Shown piece by piece: positions 32,038-40,771 of a DNA stretch of 64,000 nucleotides (the first letter of the stretch is position 1; each line of letters opens with the position of its first letter). Position numbers and translations under genes: made by a program. Origin of the DNA: Candidatus Latescibacterota bacterium (lineage in GTDB: Bacteria; Latescibacterota; UBA2968); the NCBI GenBank assembly GCA_965116885.1, contig OZ220741.1, positions 3,488,001 to 3,552,000 on the forward strand. Reading direction: 5' to 3'. The notes under the pieces were generated by a model. That model saw only the letters and a list, made by a program, of their open reading frames with translations, did not search any database and was not told the DNA's origin.

Positions 32038-32142
32038 GCGGCGACTATCGAGTACGAGCCCGGTCGTCTCTTCGTCATTTACTGGGGACATGAGCCTGGC
32101 GAGGTGAGTTGTATCCAGGGGACCTATATTAGTCTAACATAA
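32038..32142 (+). pseudogene. 3' remnant of a sialidase/BNR-like gene
   Basis: Spacer translates as AATIEYEPGRLFVIYWGHEPGEVSCIQGTYISLT*, with its stop abutting the next RBS. Confidence 0.5.
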
Positions 32143-32153
32143 AAGGAGTTGAA

Positions 32154-33401
32154 ATGAATCGCTCTGTTCTGGACTGGCCAACAGGCGTTACCGTCTATCA
32201 CCCCGACCGGTGTTACAACGGGTACACGCTCGTTCACGGACGAGGACCCTGGGATCCCGTGCGTGGTATCTCGGCCGAACAGGTCGATCGATGGCACTTG
32301 ATAGACATGGAAGGTCAGGTGGTTCACGAGTTCTACGGCAACCCGGCGACGCAGCGCGGCTCTCAGCTATTTGAACGCGTTGCAAACGGCCACTATATCA
32401 GCAATGGAGCCTCCATCATAGAGCAGGACTGGGATGGAAATATTGTCTGGTCTCTGTCCTCGGACTTCCGCAAGGATGCGCGACCAACGGGTTTCCATCA
32501 CGACATCCAGAAGACTTCTGAGCACACCTATCTCGCCATGGTCGCGGATCGCGTGGATGCCCCTCAGGTATCGCGCGTCACACTCAAAGACGATCACATT
32601 ATGGAAATTACTTCGGAGGGTGAGATCGTCTGGGAATGGTGGGGGCATCACCACCTACAAGAATTCGGATTCAGCGATCGTGCGAAGCAGATCATATTTG
32701 AAACGGGCGGAGGGCAACAGCCCAGACAGGAAGGAGACTGGCTCCATTTGAATACGCTTCACACACTTCCCGACAATCCCTTGTATGATCAGGGCGATAC
32801 GAGATTCAAGCCGGGAAATATTCTCAGTTGTTCCAGAAATGGAAATCAGATATTCATCATCGAGAAATCGACTGGAAACATCGTCTGGAAGTGGGGCTAT
32901 TTGGACCAGATGGAAACCATGTGGCTGAACGGGACCGAAGGGCAGAATCAATATCTGGTAGGGCCACACGATCCCAAAATGCTGCACAATGGAAATATCC
33001 TGATCTACGACAATGGAGGCGGTACGGGCTATCCTCCGATTAACCGATTCTACACCCGGCTTGTAGAAATCAATCCCATAAGTGGAGAAGTCGTATGGGA
33101 ATATGCCGCGGGGCCTCAGGCCAGCAAGTTTCTGAGCATTGTTACCGGCGGTGTGCAGCGCCTCCCGAATGGGAACACGCTGAGCCTGGATACGGACAAG
33201 GGACGGATCTTCGAAGTGACCTGGGAAGGTGAAATCGTGTGGGAATACATCAATCCGAGAGGCGGATTCTACAGAACCCAGCGCATTGCCTATCCCGATT
33301 GCCCACTGGACCCTCCTGACCCGAAGCCCGCAGATCTCCCGGTTCCCGACCATCTCGGCCTGCCGGTATCAGACACTCTGGATTACTGTCCATCTCTTTG
33401 A
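32154..33401 (+). CDS. Arylsulfotransferase (ASST)-family protein
   Basis: HHD, DWLHLN, HDP..L.NGNILIYDNG, QRLPNGNTL, GEIVWEY. Confidence 0.88.
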   Translation: MNRSVLDWPTGVTVYHPDRCYNGYTLVHGRGPWDPVRGISAEQVDRWHLIDMEGQVVHEFYGNPATQRGSQLFERVANGHYISNGASIIEQDWDGNIVWSLSSDFRKDARPTGFHHDIQKTSEHTYLAMVADRVDAPQVSRVTLKDDHIMEITSEGEIVWEWWGHHHLQEFGFSDRAKQIIFETGGGQQPRQEGDWLHLNTLHTLPDNPLYDQGDTRFKPGNILSCSRNGNQIFIIEKSTGNIVWKWGYLDQMETMWLNGTEGQNQYLVGPHDPKMLHNGNILIYDNGGGTGYPPINRFYTRLVEINPISGEVVWEYAAGPQASKFLSIVTGGVQRLPNGNTLSLDTDKGRIFEVTWEGEIVWEYINPRGGFYRTQRIAYPDCPLDPPDPKPADLPVPDHLGLPVSDTLDYCPSL

Positions 33402-33429
33402 TGTCACCTTTCATCCCGACTACAGGATT

Positions 33430-34362
33430 ATGCCCATGTCCGATTACACGTTTAAACTCGCCATGTTCACGACCGAACTGAGACTGCCCTATGACCGGGC
33501 GTTTCCCAAGGCGAAAGAGGTTGGCGCGGATCGCCTCTGGTACGCGCCTTCGGGGGGCGACCTTCCGTTCGAAGCCATGACCGACGCGGATATGGACCGC
33601 ATCGGCGCGTGTGCGGAGCAGCATCAAACGGATATTTTCCTGCTCTGCGGAGGCCGTAAGTTTAAAACCGTGCATCTCAGCGATCTGGATCTGGACGATA
33701 TGGCCGAACACCCCGAATTCCGGGAAGCCCGAGAGGAATTGACCGCCGCCATGAAGATGGCCGCCCGGCTCAAAATTCCGGCAGTGGCCACGTTTACATT
33801 TGCTTGGCCGGGTGAATATACCGCCGGTAAGCCGACCTGGCCCATGCGATGGATGACCCGCGGCGGCGTCATTTCCGATCTGGATATGGACAAACTGGTC
33901 CGGGCGTTTACGCTGCTGGTCGAAGACGCGGACCGCTACGATGTGGATCTGCCGCTGTGCATGATGCCGTGGAATTACACGAATACCACGGAACACATGC
34001 GGCAGGTGATTGAGGCGGTTGGTTCATCTCGCCTGAAAACGGTCTGGGGGCCAGCGGATACCATGAATTGCGGCGAATCGGATACCGCCACCCGCGGATT
34101 TCAGAATGTCCGTCCGTATCTTCATACGCTCCACATAAAAGATCTGAAAGTCATAGACGGTCTGAAATGCGAGTTTGAATACTGTCCCATCGGCGAAGGG
34201 GACGTGGATTTTCCGACGGTACTGCGGAACCTGCGCGATTATCAGATCGATGCGGTGATATCCATTGCCACCCATTTCAAGCCGGAAAGCGGATCGGCGG
34301 AAGAAGCGATGCGTATCAACTTTGCCAATATGAAAGCGTTGATCGGTGGGGTAGGGGACTGA
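33430..34362 (+). CDS. Sugar phosphate isomerase/epimerase TIM barrel (copy A)
   Basis: LHIKD, IGEG.VDF. Start 33430 or 33436. Confidence 0.85.
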   Translation: MPMSDYTFKLAMFTTELRLPYDRAFPKAKEVGADRLWYAPSGGDLPFEAMTDADMDRIGACAEQHQTDIFLLCGGRKFKTVHLSDLDLDDMAEHPEFREAREELTAAMKMAARLKIPAVATFTFAWPGEYTAGKPTWPMRWMTRGGVISDLDMDKLVRAFTLLVEDADRYDVDLPLCMMPWNYTNTTEHMRQVIEAVGSSRLKTVWGPADTMNCGESDTATRGFQNVRPYLHTLHIKDLKVIDGLKCEFEYCPIGEGDVDFPTVLRNLRDYQIDAVISIATHFKPESGSAEEAMRINFANMKALIGGVGD

Positions 34363-34369
34363 TTCTCGA

Positions 34370-35422
34370 TCATTGTGGTACAGCGCTGCTCATGAACCCT
34401 TCATTTCTCACCAGTACCTGGAGATCCAGGTTTGTCAGGGGGAAATCCACCCGGGCGTTGCCCAACCGCTCCGATTCGTGAAGAGAAAGCACCATTTCCA
34501 GTGCAGCCCGTCCATCTTCTCCAGTGGATATTGTGTCCTGATCGCGGTCGAGGCTTTCTGCAATCTCCTCTACTGACAATGGGATCACACATCGGCCTAC
34601 GTTCGTTGTATTCAGCTTGTGTTCCTCTGGTATTTCGGGAAATTTTTCCTCTTTATTTTTTACGAAGAGCTTGAACTGGCGTGGCCGTGTATTGGCCACC
34701 GTTATCCGTCCCCTGGATCCCAACAATTCAAATAGGTGCTGGGCGCTCGCTCCGGCAGATCCATTTACAATGCATTGTACGCCATTTTGAAACTGAAAGT
34801 ACCCGGCGCCACGGGGATCCAGCGCATCTGGATCCAATAGGTGACCGGTTGCCCACGCGACATCGCCTGCAAAGAAGCGCAGCATGTCAAAATAGTGGGT
34901 TCCGTTGTTGGCAAGTCCGGCGCTGTACTGGAGCGTCATCGCCTGAAGGGAGCCGATTACCTCCTGATCGATTAGTTCCTTAATTTGGCGAAATTGCCAA
35001 TCCCATCGGCGCGTGTGGTTAATGCTCAGCTTTACGTTGTTTTTCCGGCAAGCATCAATCATTTCGTCTGCCTCTCGCAACGTAGTCGCCATCGCCTTCT
35101 CACAGAATATGGCTTTTACGCCTGACTGAGCCGCGGCAACAACGATATCCCGATGCGGTATGGGATAGGTGCAAACACTCACGATATCCAGTTTCTCAGT
35201 ATCCAGCATTTCCCGCCAATCCGTGTACAGACCCGGAACATCCCATTTGCCTCCAAAACTCTGTCGGCGTTCATCGTCCCGATCTGCTGCTGCGACAATA
35301 CGGGTTCGATCACAGTGGTTGTAACAACCCGCATGAGTGTTCGGCGTTCCGCGATGTGTTTCCTGTTCCAGTAGGCTTGAAATCCTGCCACAGCCGATAA
35401 CACCAACGTTATAAACTTGCAT
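34370..35422 (-). CDS. Gfo/Idh/MocA oxidoreductase (copy A)
   Basis: VGVIGCG, IFCEKAM, NHTRRW, NGTH. Confidence 0.9.
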   Translation of the reverse strand: MQVYNVGVIGCGRISSLLEQETHRGTPNTHAGCYNHCDRTRIVAAADRDDERRQSFGGKWDVPGLYTDWREMLDTEKLDIVSVCTYPIPHRDIVVAAAQSGVKAIFCEKAMATTLREADEMIDACRKNNVKLSINHTRRWDWQFRQIKELIDQEVIGSLQAMTLQYSAGLANNGTHYFDMLRFFAGDVAWATGHLLDPDALDPRGAGYFQFQNGVQCIVNGSAGASAQHLFELLGSRGRITVANTRPRQFKLFVKNKEEKFPEIPEEHKLNTTNVGRCVIPLSVEEIAESLDRDQDTISTGEDGRAALEMVLSLHESERLGNARVDFPLTNLDLQVLVRNEGFMSSAVPQ

Positions 35423-35459
35423 AGAAAGCTCCGGGGAATGTTGTGGGAAGAACTCGTTT

Positions 35460-35483
35460 TCAAGATCTCAGATCACAATCAAA
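35460..35483 (-). repeat. 24-bp imperfect copy of the GH117-like gene 3' end (37128..37151)
   Basis: TTTGATTGTGATCTGAGATCTTGA (FDCDLRS*) vs TTTGACTGTGATCTGAGTTATTGA (FDCDLSY*), 21/24. Confidence 0.7.
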
Positions 35484-35491
35484 ATATTACA

Positions 35492-37039
35492 CTAATGTAC
35501 TCCTAAGGCAAAGAGTTCTCGACGTGTTTTGGGGTAGTCTTGTTCGATAATTAAATCCAGCAGTCGGTCTCGTAAATGTATCCTGGTCTCCGCAAAGGCA
35601 GGGTCGGCCACGAGATTATGTTGTTCATCCGGATCTTTGAGTAAGTCAAAGAGTTGCTCACCATAACCATCGGGATAGTAGGTATATCGATATTGATCCG
35701 TGCGCACTGTGCGTGCCCATTGACCGAAATGTATTGAGTTAATGTGATTGTAGCTTTCACAATAAGCAGCCGTTCGCCAATCTTCTGGCGCACCGGTAGC
35801 ACACAGCGGCAACAGGGACCGGCCTGGTAGTATCGGAAATTCCCCGGCTTTAATTATGGGGTGATTTGCCTTTTGGGGCATATTCGGCATGTGTTGCCCT
35901 GTGGCATCCAGGATGGTCGGGCAAATATCTTCGTGTTGCACAATGGCATCACATGTTAGCCCAGTCGATAATCCGGGTCCTGAAATGATCAAAGGAACCC
36001 GAATACACGTATCATAGTGTTTTTCTTCCTTGGACTTGAAGCCATGATCAAAGCACATCTCGCCGTGATCTGAGAGGAATATGATGTACGTGTTGTCGAG
36101 ACGGTTGGTGGTTTCGAGGGCTTCCAGAACACGGCCCAATTGTTCATCCAGGTGACACAGATCAGCAAAGTAACAATGCCGAGCATATTCCCAATCGCCC
36201 GTCATAGGCTTACGCCGTGACAGTTCTTTGGGGGCGTGCGGATCGTCCACCCATTCTGCTGGTACTGGTTCTGGTATTTTGTCGGCGTTGACACGAGATA
36301 AATACTCTGCCGGTACATGAAAAGGGCCGTGTGGTTGTACATAGCTGATTTGTGCAAAAAACGGCTGATCAGCATCCATATTGTGGATAAAGTTCAGCGC
36401 GTGCATCGTGATCCAGTTTGTCTGACAGACCTCCTGGGGAAACGGTAAGGTTGAAGCGCCAAACGTATTGCGAGGGTGTTCGTCTGTGGCCCATTGAAAG
36501 TCTTTGCGAATATTCTCAATCCGGGTGCGCAGGGCCCGTCGATCTTGACCGTATGCAGCAAATTCTGGGATCTGAGTTGGCCAGATTGTGGCCAGCACCG
36601 CCTCGTAGTGTTCGGGGTGATTTTCTTCGACCCAGTCCAACCACTCGCCGCCTCTCGAATCCTCTGTGATGTGCGTCTCGTCGAACCCATAAGGCTTGTA
36701 ATCTGGATAGAGGCCGCGATAATGGGGTTGAAAATGGACCTTGCCAAAGGCACCGGTGCGCCAGCCGCCTTTTTGAAGCATCTGCATAAAGGTCGGCAAT
36801 TTGGGATCTAACTGGTACCCATTTTCCAACACACCATGGCCTCGTGTTGTTAAACCTGTCGCAAACGTCGCGCGCGATGCCATACATACAGGGTTGTTGG
36901 CGAAGGCTTGTGTAAAAGTTACACCGCGTGTTTTTAAACCACGGATATTTGGCAGATCACACACGCCTTCCTCAGACTTTTCTATCCATTTGGCCGATAG
37001 TTGGTCAACCATAAAGAGTACAACATTGGGGTTATTCAT
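35492..37039 (-). CDS. Sulfatase (Cys-type)
   Basis: NVVLFMVDQ, CMASR, GKVH, SDHGE. Confidence 0.93.
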   Translation of the reverse strand: MNNPNVVLFMVDQLSAKWIEKSEEGVCDLPNIRGLKTRGVTFTQAFANNPVCMASRATFATGLTTRGHGVLENGYQLDPKLPTFMQMLQKGGWRTGAFGKVHFQPHYRGLYPDYKPYGFDETHITEDSRGGEWLDWVEENHPEHYEAVLATIWPTQIPEFAAYGQDRRALRTRIENIRKDFQWATDEHPRNTFGASTLPFPQEVCQTNWITMHALNFIHNMDADQPFFAQISYVQPHGPFHVPAEYLSRVNADKIPEPVPAEWVDDPHAPKELSRRKPMTGDWEYARHCYFADLCHLDEQLGRVLEALETTNRLDNTYIIFLSDHGEMCFDHGFKSKEEKHYDTCIRVPLIISGPGLSTGLTCDAIVQHEDICPTILDATGQHMPNMPQKANHPIIKAGEFPILPGRSLLPLCATGAPEDWRTAAYCESYNHINSIHFGQWARTVRTDQYRYTYYPDGYGEQLFDLLKDPDEQHNLVADPAFAETRIHLRDRLLDLIIEQDYPKTRRELFALGVH

Positions 37040-37127
37040 TGATTTTCTCCTGCGAAAATTCCATTCAACGCTGAACCATTACATACCTGACAGGTGTGTC
37101 ATCTATCGGGATTAACGAGGCATTTTT

Positions 37128-38027
37128 TCAATAACTCAGATCACAGTCAAATCGAACGAGATATGGCCGTCCAAGATGATGCGCCATGGATATGCCCCAG
37201 GTCACACCGGGTCCTGCGCCTTCAACAAAGTTATCAGCCCGAAAGGGACCAGGGGCACTCGGGGGAGAGGTATCCGCTATTTTTTGAAAATGGACACCGT
37301 CATTGCTATACTGTAAGGTGTTGCCCTGGGGTCCCACATTAGAGACCAGACATCCGACGCCATTGCCGTGGGGCCAGACGCAGACCTCGTGACCACTGTC
37401 CAACACCGGGTTCTCAGAATGTTTGATATAGGGACCTGTCGGCTCACTGGCAATCGCCAACCCCATCCTGGTTTCATTTGGCTTGCGGTTCATCTGTCGG
37501 CCCTTGTAATACATCCAGTATTTTCCGTCTCGAGCGATCAGGCACGTGTCGTCAACCCGCATGCTGTCAAAAATTTCCGGATTGTCGCTGGGCCGCAACA
37601 CTGGATTGCCTTCAAACCGAACCCACGGTCCCCGAGGTGAATCTGCTACTGCAATACCAATGGCGGTCTTTGTTCCATTCGGACCGCCATTATCATTGTT
37701 GAACGGCTCAGGTACCGCTGTGTAAAACAAATAGTATTGACCGCCTGAGACAAGAATCGTGGGTGTGAATACAGCGTGCTCATCGAATGCACCTTTTGCA
37801 CCTTTGGGAAGCGCTTCTCCTTCCTCAGACCAGGTCACACCGTCGGGGCTTGTAGAATACCAGATTGAAGCGGAGTAGCCATCAAACGATTCTTCGGTGC
37901 GAGAATACCAAACATAGTACGTGCCATCCACCTGAATTACCGGGCTTGGATCTCTCCGCGTAACACCATCCTCGAAAGCCACCGCAGTTGCGTATGTAAA
38001 TCCATCGAAATGAGCAAATTTACTCAT
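37128..38027 (-). CDS. GH117-like five-bladed beta-propeller glycosidase
   Basis: GVTRRDPS, IWYSTSPDG.TW.EEG, VFTP, RVDD, SGHEVCVWP, NTLQ. Confidence 0.8.
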   Translation of the reverse strand: MSKFAHFDGFTYATAVAFEDGVTRRDPSPVIQVDGTYYVWYSRTEESFDGYSASIWYSTSPDGVTWSEEGEALPKGAKGAFDEHAVFTPTILVSGGQYYLFYTAVPEPFNNDNGGPNGTKTAIGIAVADSPRGPWVRFEGNPVLRPSDNPEIFDSMRVDDTCLIARDGKYWMYYKGRQMNRKPNETRMGLAIASEPTGPYIKHSENPVLDSGHEVCVWPHGNGVGCLVSNVGPQGNTLQYSNDGVHFQKIADTSPPSAPGPFRADNFVEGAGPGVTWGISMAHHLGRPYLVRFDCDLSY

Positions 38028-38058
38028 ACGTATTCCTTAGCAGCAAGAATTCGGCATC

Positions 38059-38447
38059 TTAATTTCTCACGCCAGTTTATGTCCTATTGTAATCGTAGGG
38101 CCGGTTTCGGAAGAGGTAGTCTATCGGTTCATCTACAAAAATTATGTTCGGGTCCAGGTCGCTTTCTGCAAAGGCGGTTTCACAACCGGTATTGAACCGG
38201 AGAGGGGGAAGGGGGGCGGCTCCTGCTGGACGTTTCCCCAAACGAAGTTATGGGGTGGCGCAGGGGCGTTCATGATCTTCTCTATGTCTTCGGTCATCCG
38301 CTCACAGAGAAGGTCGAGGTGTTCGTGCGCGACCACTGCATTGAGGATGATGTAGCCCTCCGTTCGAATGGCATCGAGGGCCTGTTTCAGGTGCGCGTCG
38401 GTGAGAGATTCGGCTGCGTGCTCTTCCGGTGTGACGGTGATTTCCAC
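38059..38447 (-). pseudogene. Internally deleted copy of the PhyH gene at 41974..42843
   Basis: Both ends align to the intact copy. About 481 bp missing between two AGGGGG(G)AAGG tracts. Confidence 0.92.
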
Positions 38448-38525
38448 GGCTACTCCCTTCCTGCGGTGCTTGCATCGTGCTATTAAAAAGGGAATTATGT
38501 AGCAAAGTAGCATAATGCCTTATTT

Positions 38526-38585
38526 TGTCAAACTATTTGACAGCCTTGAATGCCCTGTCTATCATGTAAAATAAGCAGGGCATTT
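38526..38585. promoter_or_regulatory. Divergent sigma-70 promoter region with inverted repeat
   Basis: Plus strand TTGACA(38537)-17-TATCAT(38560). Minus strand TTGACA at 38526..38531. AATGCCCTG...CAGGGCATT inverted repeat brackets the -10. Confidence 0.65.
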
Positions 38586-38649
38586 TTCATTTTGGAGTTG
38601 CCCCCAAAACGGGTCAAGTCCAGTCACCCTTCATCCCGACTACAGGATT

Positions 38650-39582
38650 ATGCTCATGTCCGATTATACGTTTAAACTTGCCATGTTCACGACCGAACTG
38701 AGACTGCCCTATGACCGGGCATTTCCCAAAGCGAAAGAGATTGGCGCGAACCACCTCTGGTACGCGCCTTCGGGGGGCGATCTTCCGTTCGAAGCCATGA
38801 CCGACGCGGATATGGATCGCATCGGCGCGTGCGCCGAGCAGCATCAAACGAAGATTTTCCTGCTCTGCGGAGGCCGTAAGTTTAAAACCGTGCATCTCAG
38901 CGATCTGGATCTGGACGATATGGCCGAACATCCCGAATTCCAGGAAGCCCGAGAGGAATTGACCGCCGCCATGAAGATGGCCGCCCGGCTCAAAATTCCG
39001 GCAGTGGCCACGTTTACATTTGCTTGGCCGGGTGAATATACCGCCGGTAAGCCGACCTGGCCCATGCGATGGATGACCCGCGGCGGCGTCATTTCCGATC
39101 TGGATATGGACAAACTGGTTCAGGCGTTTACGCTGCTGGCCGAAGACGCGGACCGCTACGATGTGGATCTGCCGCTGTGTATGATGCCGTGGAATTACAC
39201 GAATACCACGGAACACATGCGGCAGGTGATTGAGGCAGTCGGTTCACCTCGCCTGAAAACGGTCTGGGGACCGGCGGATACCATGAACTGCGGTGAATCG
39301 GATACCGCCACCCGCGGATTTCAGAATGTCCGTCCGTATCTTCACACGCTCCACATAAAAGATCTGAAAGTCATTGACGGTCTGAAATGCGAGTTTGAAT
39401 ACTGCCCCATCGGTGAAGGGGATGTGGATTTTCCGACGGTACTGCGGAACCTGCGCGATTATCAGATCGATGCGGTGATATCTATCGCCACCCACTTCAA
39501 GCCGGAAAGCGGATCGGCGGAAGAAGCGATGCGTATCAATTTTGCCAATATGAAGGCGTTGATCGGTGGGGTAGGGGACTGA
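38650..39582 (+). CDS. Sugar phosphate isomerase/epimerase TIM barrel (copy B)
   Basis: 8 amino-acid differences from copy A counted from the shared MSDY start. Confidence 0.87.
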   Translation: MLMSDYTFKLAMFTTELRLPYDRAFPKAKEIGANHLWYAPSGGDLPFEAMTDADMDRIGACAEQHQTKIFLLCGGRKFKTVHLSDLDLDDMAEHPEFQEAREELTAAMKMAARLKIPAVATFTFAWPGEYTAGKPTWPMRWMTRGGVISDLDMDKLVQAFTLLAEDADRYDVDLPLCMMPWNYTNTTEHMRQVIEAVGSPRLKTVWGPADTMNCGESDTATRGFQNVRPYLHTLHIKDLKVIDGLKCEFEYCPIGEGDVDFPTVLRNLRDYQIDAVISIATHFKPESGSAEEAMRINFANMKALIGGVGD

Positions 39583-39589
39583 TTTTCGA

Positions 39590-40642
39590 TTATTGTGGTA
39601 CAGCGCTGCTCATGAACCCTTCGTTTCTCACCAGTACCTGGAGATCCAGATTTGTCATAGGGAAATCCACCCGGGCGTTGCCCAACCGCTCCGATTCGTG
39701 AAGAGAAAGCACCATTTCCAGCGCCGCTCGTCCATCTTCTCCAGTGGATATTGTGTCCTGATCGCGGTCGAGGCTTTCTACAATCTCCTCTACTGACAAC
39801 GGGATCACACATCGGCCTACGTTCGTTGTATTCAGCTTGTGTTCCTCTGGTATTTCGGGAAATTTTTCCTCTTTATTTTTGACGAAGAGCTTGAACTGAC
39901 GTGGCCGTGTATTGACCACCGTTATTCGTCCCCTGGATCCCAACAATTCAAAGAGGTGCTGGGCGCTCGCTCCGGTAGATCCATTTACAATGCATTGTAC
40001 GCCATTTTGAAAATGAAAGTACCCGGCGCCACGGGGATCCAGCGCATCCGGATCCAATAGGTGACCGGTTGCCCACGCGACATCGCCTGCAAAGAAGCGC
40101 AACATGTCAAAATAGTGGGTTCCGTTGTTGGCAAGCCCGGCACTGTACTGGAGCGTCATCGCCTGAAGGGAGCCGATGACCTCCTGATCGATTAGCGCCT
40201 TAATTTGGCGAAATTGCCAATCCCATCGGCGCGTGTGGTTAATGCTCAGCTTTACGTTGTTTTTCCGGCAAGCATCAATCATTTCGTCTGCCTCGCGCAA
40301 CGTAGTCGCCATCGCCTTCTCACAGAATATGGCTTTTACGCCTGACTGAGCCGCGGCAACAACGATATCCCGATGCGGAATGGGATAGGTGCAAACACTC
40401 ACGATATCCAGTTTCTCAGTATCCAGCATTTCCCGCCAATCCGTGTACAGACCCGGAACATCCCATTTGCCTCCAAAACTCTGTCGGCGTTCATCGTCCC
40501 GATCTGCTGCTGCGACAATACGGGTTCGGTCACAGTGATTGTAACAACCCGCATGAGTGTTCGGCGTTCCGCGATGTGTTTCCTGCTCCAGTAAACTTGA
40601 AATCCTGCCACAGCCGATAACACCAACGTTGTAAACTTGCAT
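39590..40642 (-). CDS. Gfo/Idh/MocA oxidoreductase (copy B)
   Basis: Start MQVYNVG. 6 amino-acid differences from copy A. Confidence 0.9.
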   Translation of the reverse strand: MQVYNVGVIGCGRISSLLEQETHRGTPNTHAGCYNHCDRTRIVAAADRDDERRQSFGGKWDVPGLYTDWREMLDTEKLDIVSVCTYPIPHRDIVVAAAQSGVKAIFCEKAMATTLREADEMIDACRKNNVKLSINHTRRWDWQFRQIKALIDQEVIGSLQAMTLQYSAGLANNGTHYFDMLRFFAGDVAWATGHLLDPDALDPRGAGYFHFQNGVQCIVNGSTGASAQHLFELLGSRGRITVVNTRPRQFKLFVKNKEEKFPEIPEEHKLNTTNVGRCVIPLSVEEIVESLDRDQDTISTGEDGRAALEMVLSLHESERLGNARVDFPMTNLDLQVLVRNEGFMSSAVPQ

Positions 40643-40771
40643 AGAAAAACTCCGGGGAATGTTGTGGGAAGAACTCGTTTTCAAGATCTCAGATCACAAT
40701 CCAAACAAAGATTTCTACCTTCATCATTGTACCTTTTTGAAGTTTTTGTATTTTCAAAAACTTTAGTGCGC

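Larger units (their letters stand above)
33403..35480. repeat. 2.08-kb diverged duplication, copy A (partner 38623..40701)
   Basis: Colinear at offset 5220 with scattered substitutions and one 1-nt indel near the end. Confidence 0.97.
38623..40701. repeat. 2.08-kb diverged duplication, copy B (partner 33403..35480)
   Basis: See copy A. Confidence 0.97.

Noticed and set aside
33229..33429. Long N-terminal extensions in the ORF track (33229, 47178, 25720, 42958, 3679, 40684)
   Set aside because: They overlap neighbouring genes or remnants. Downstream starts have RBSs or match the paralogous copy.
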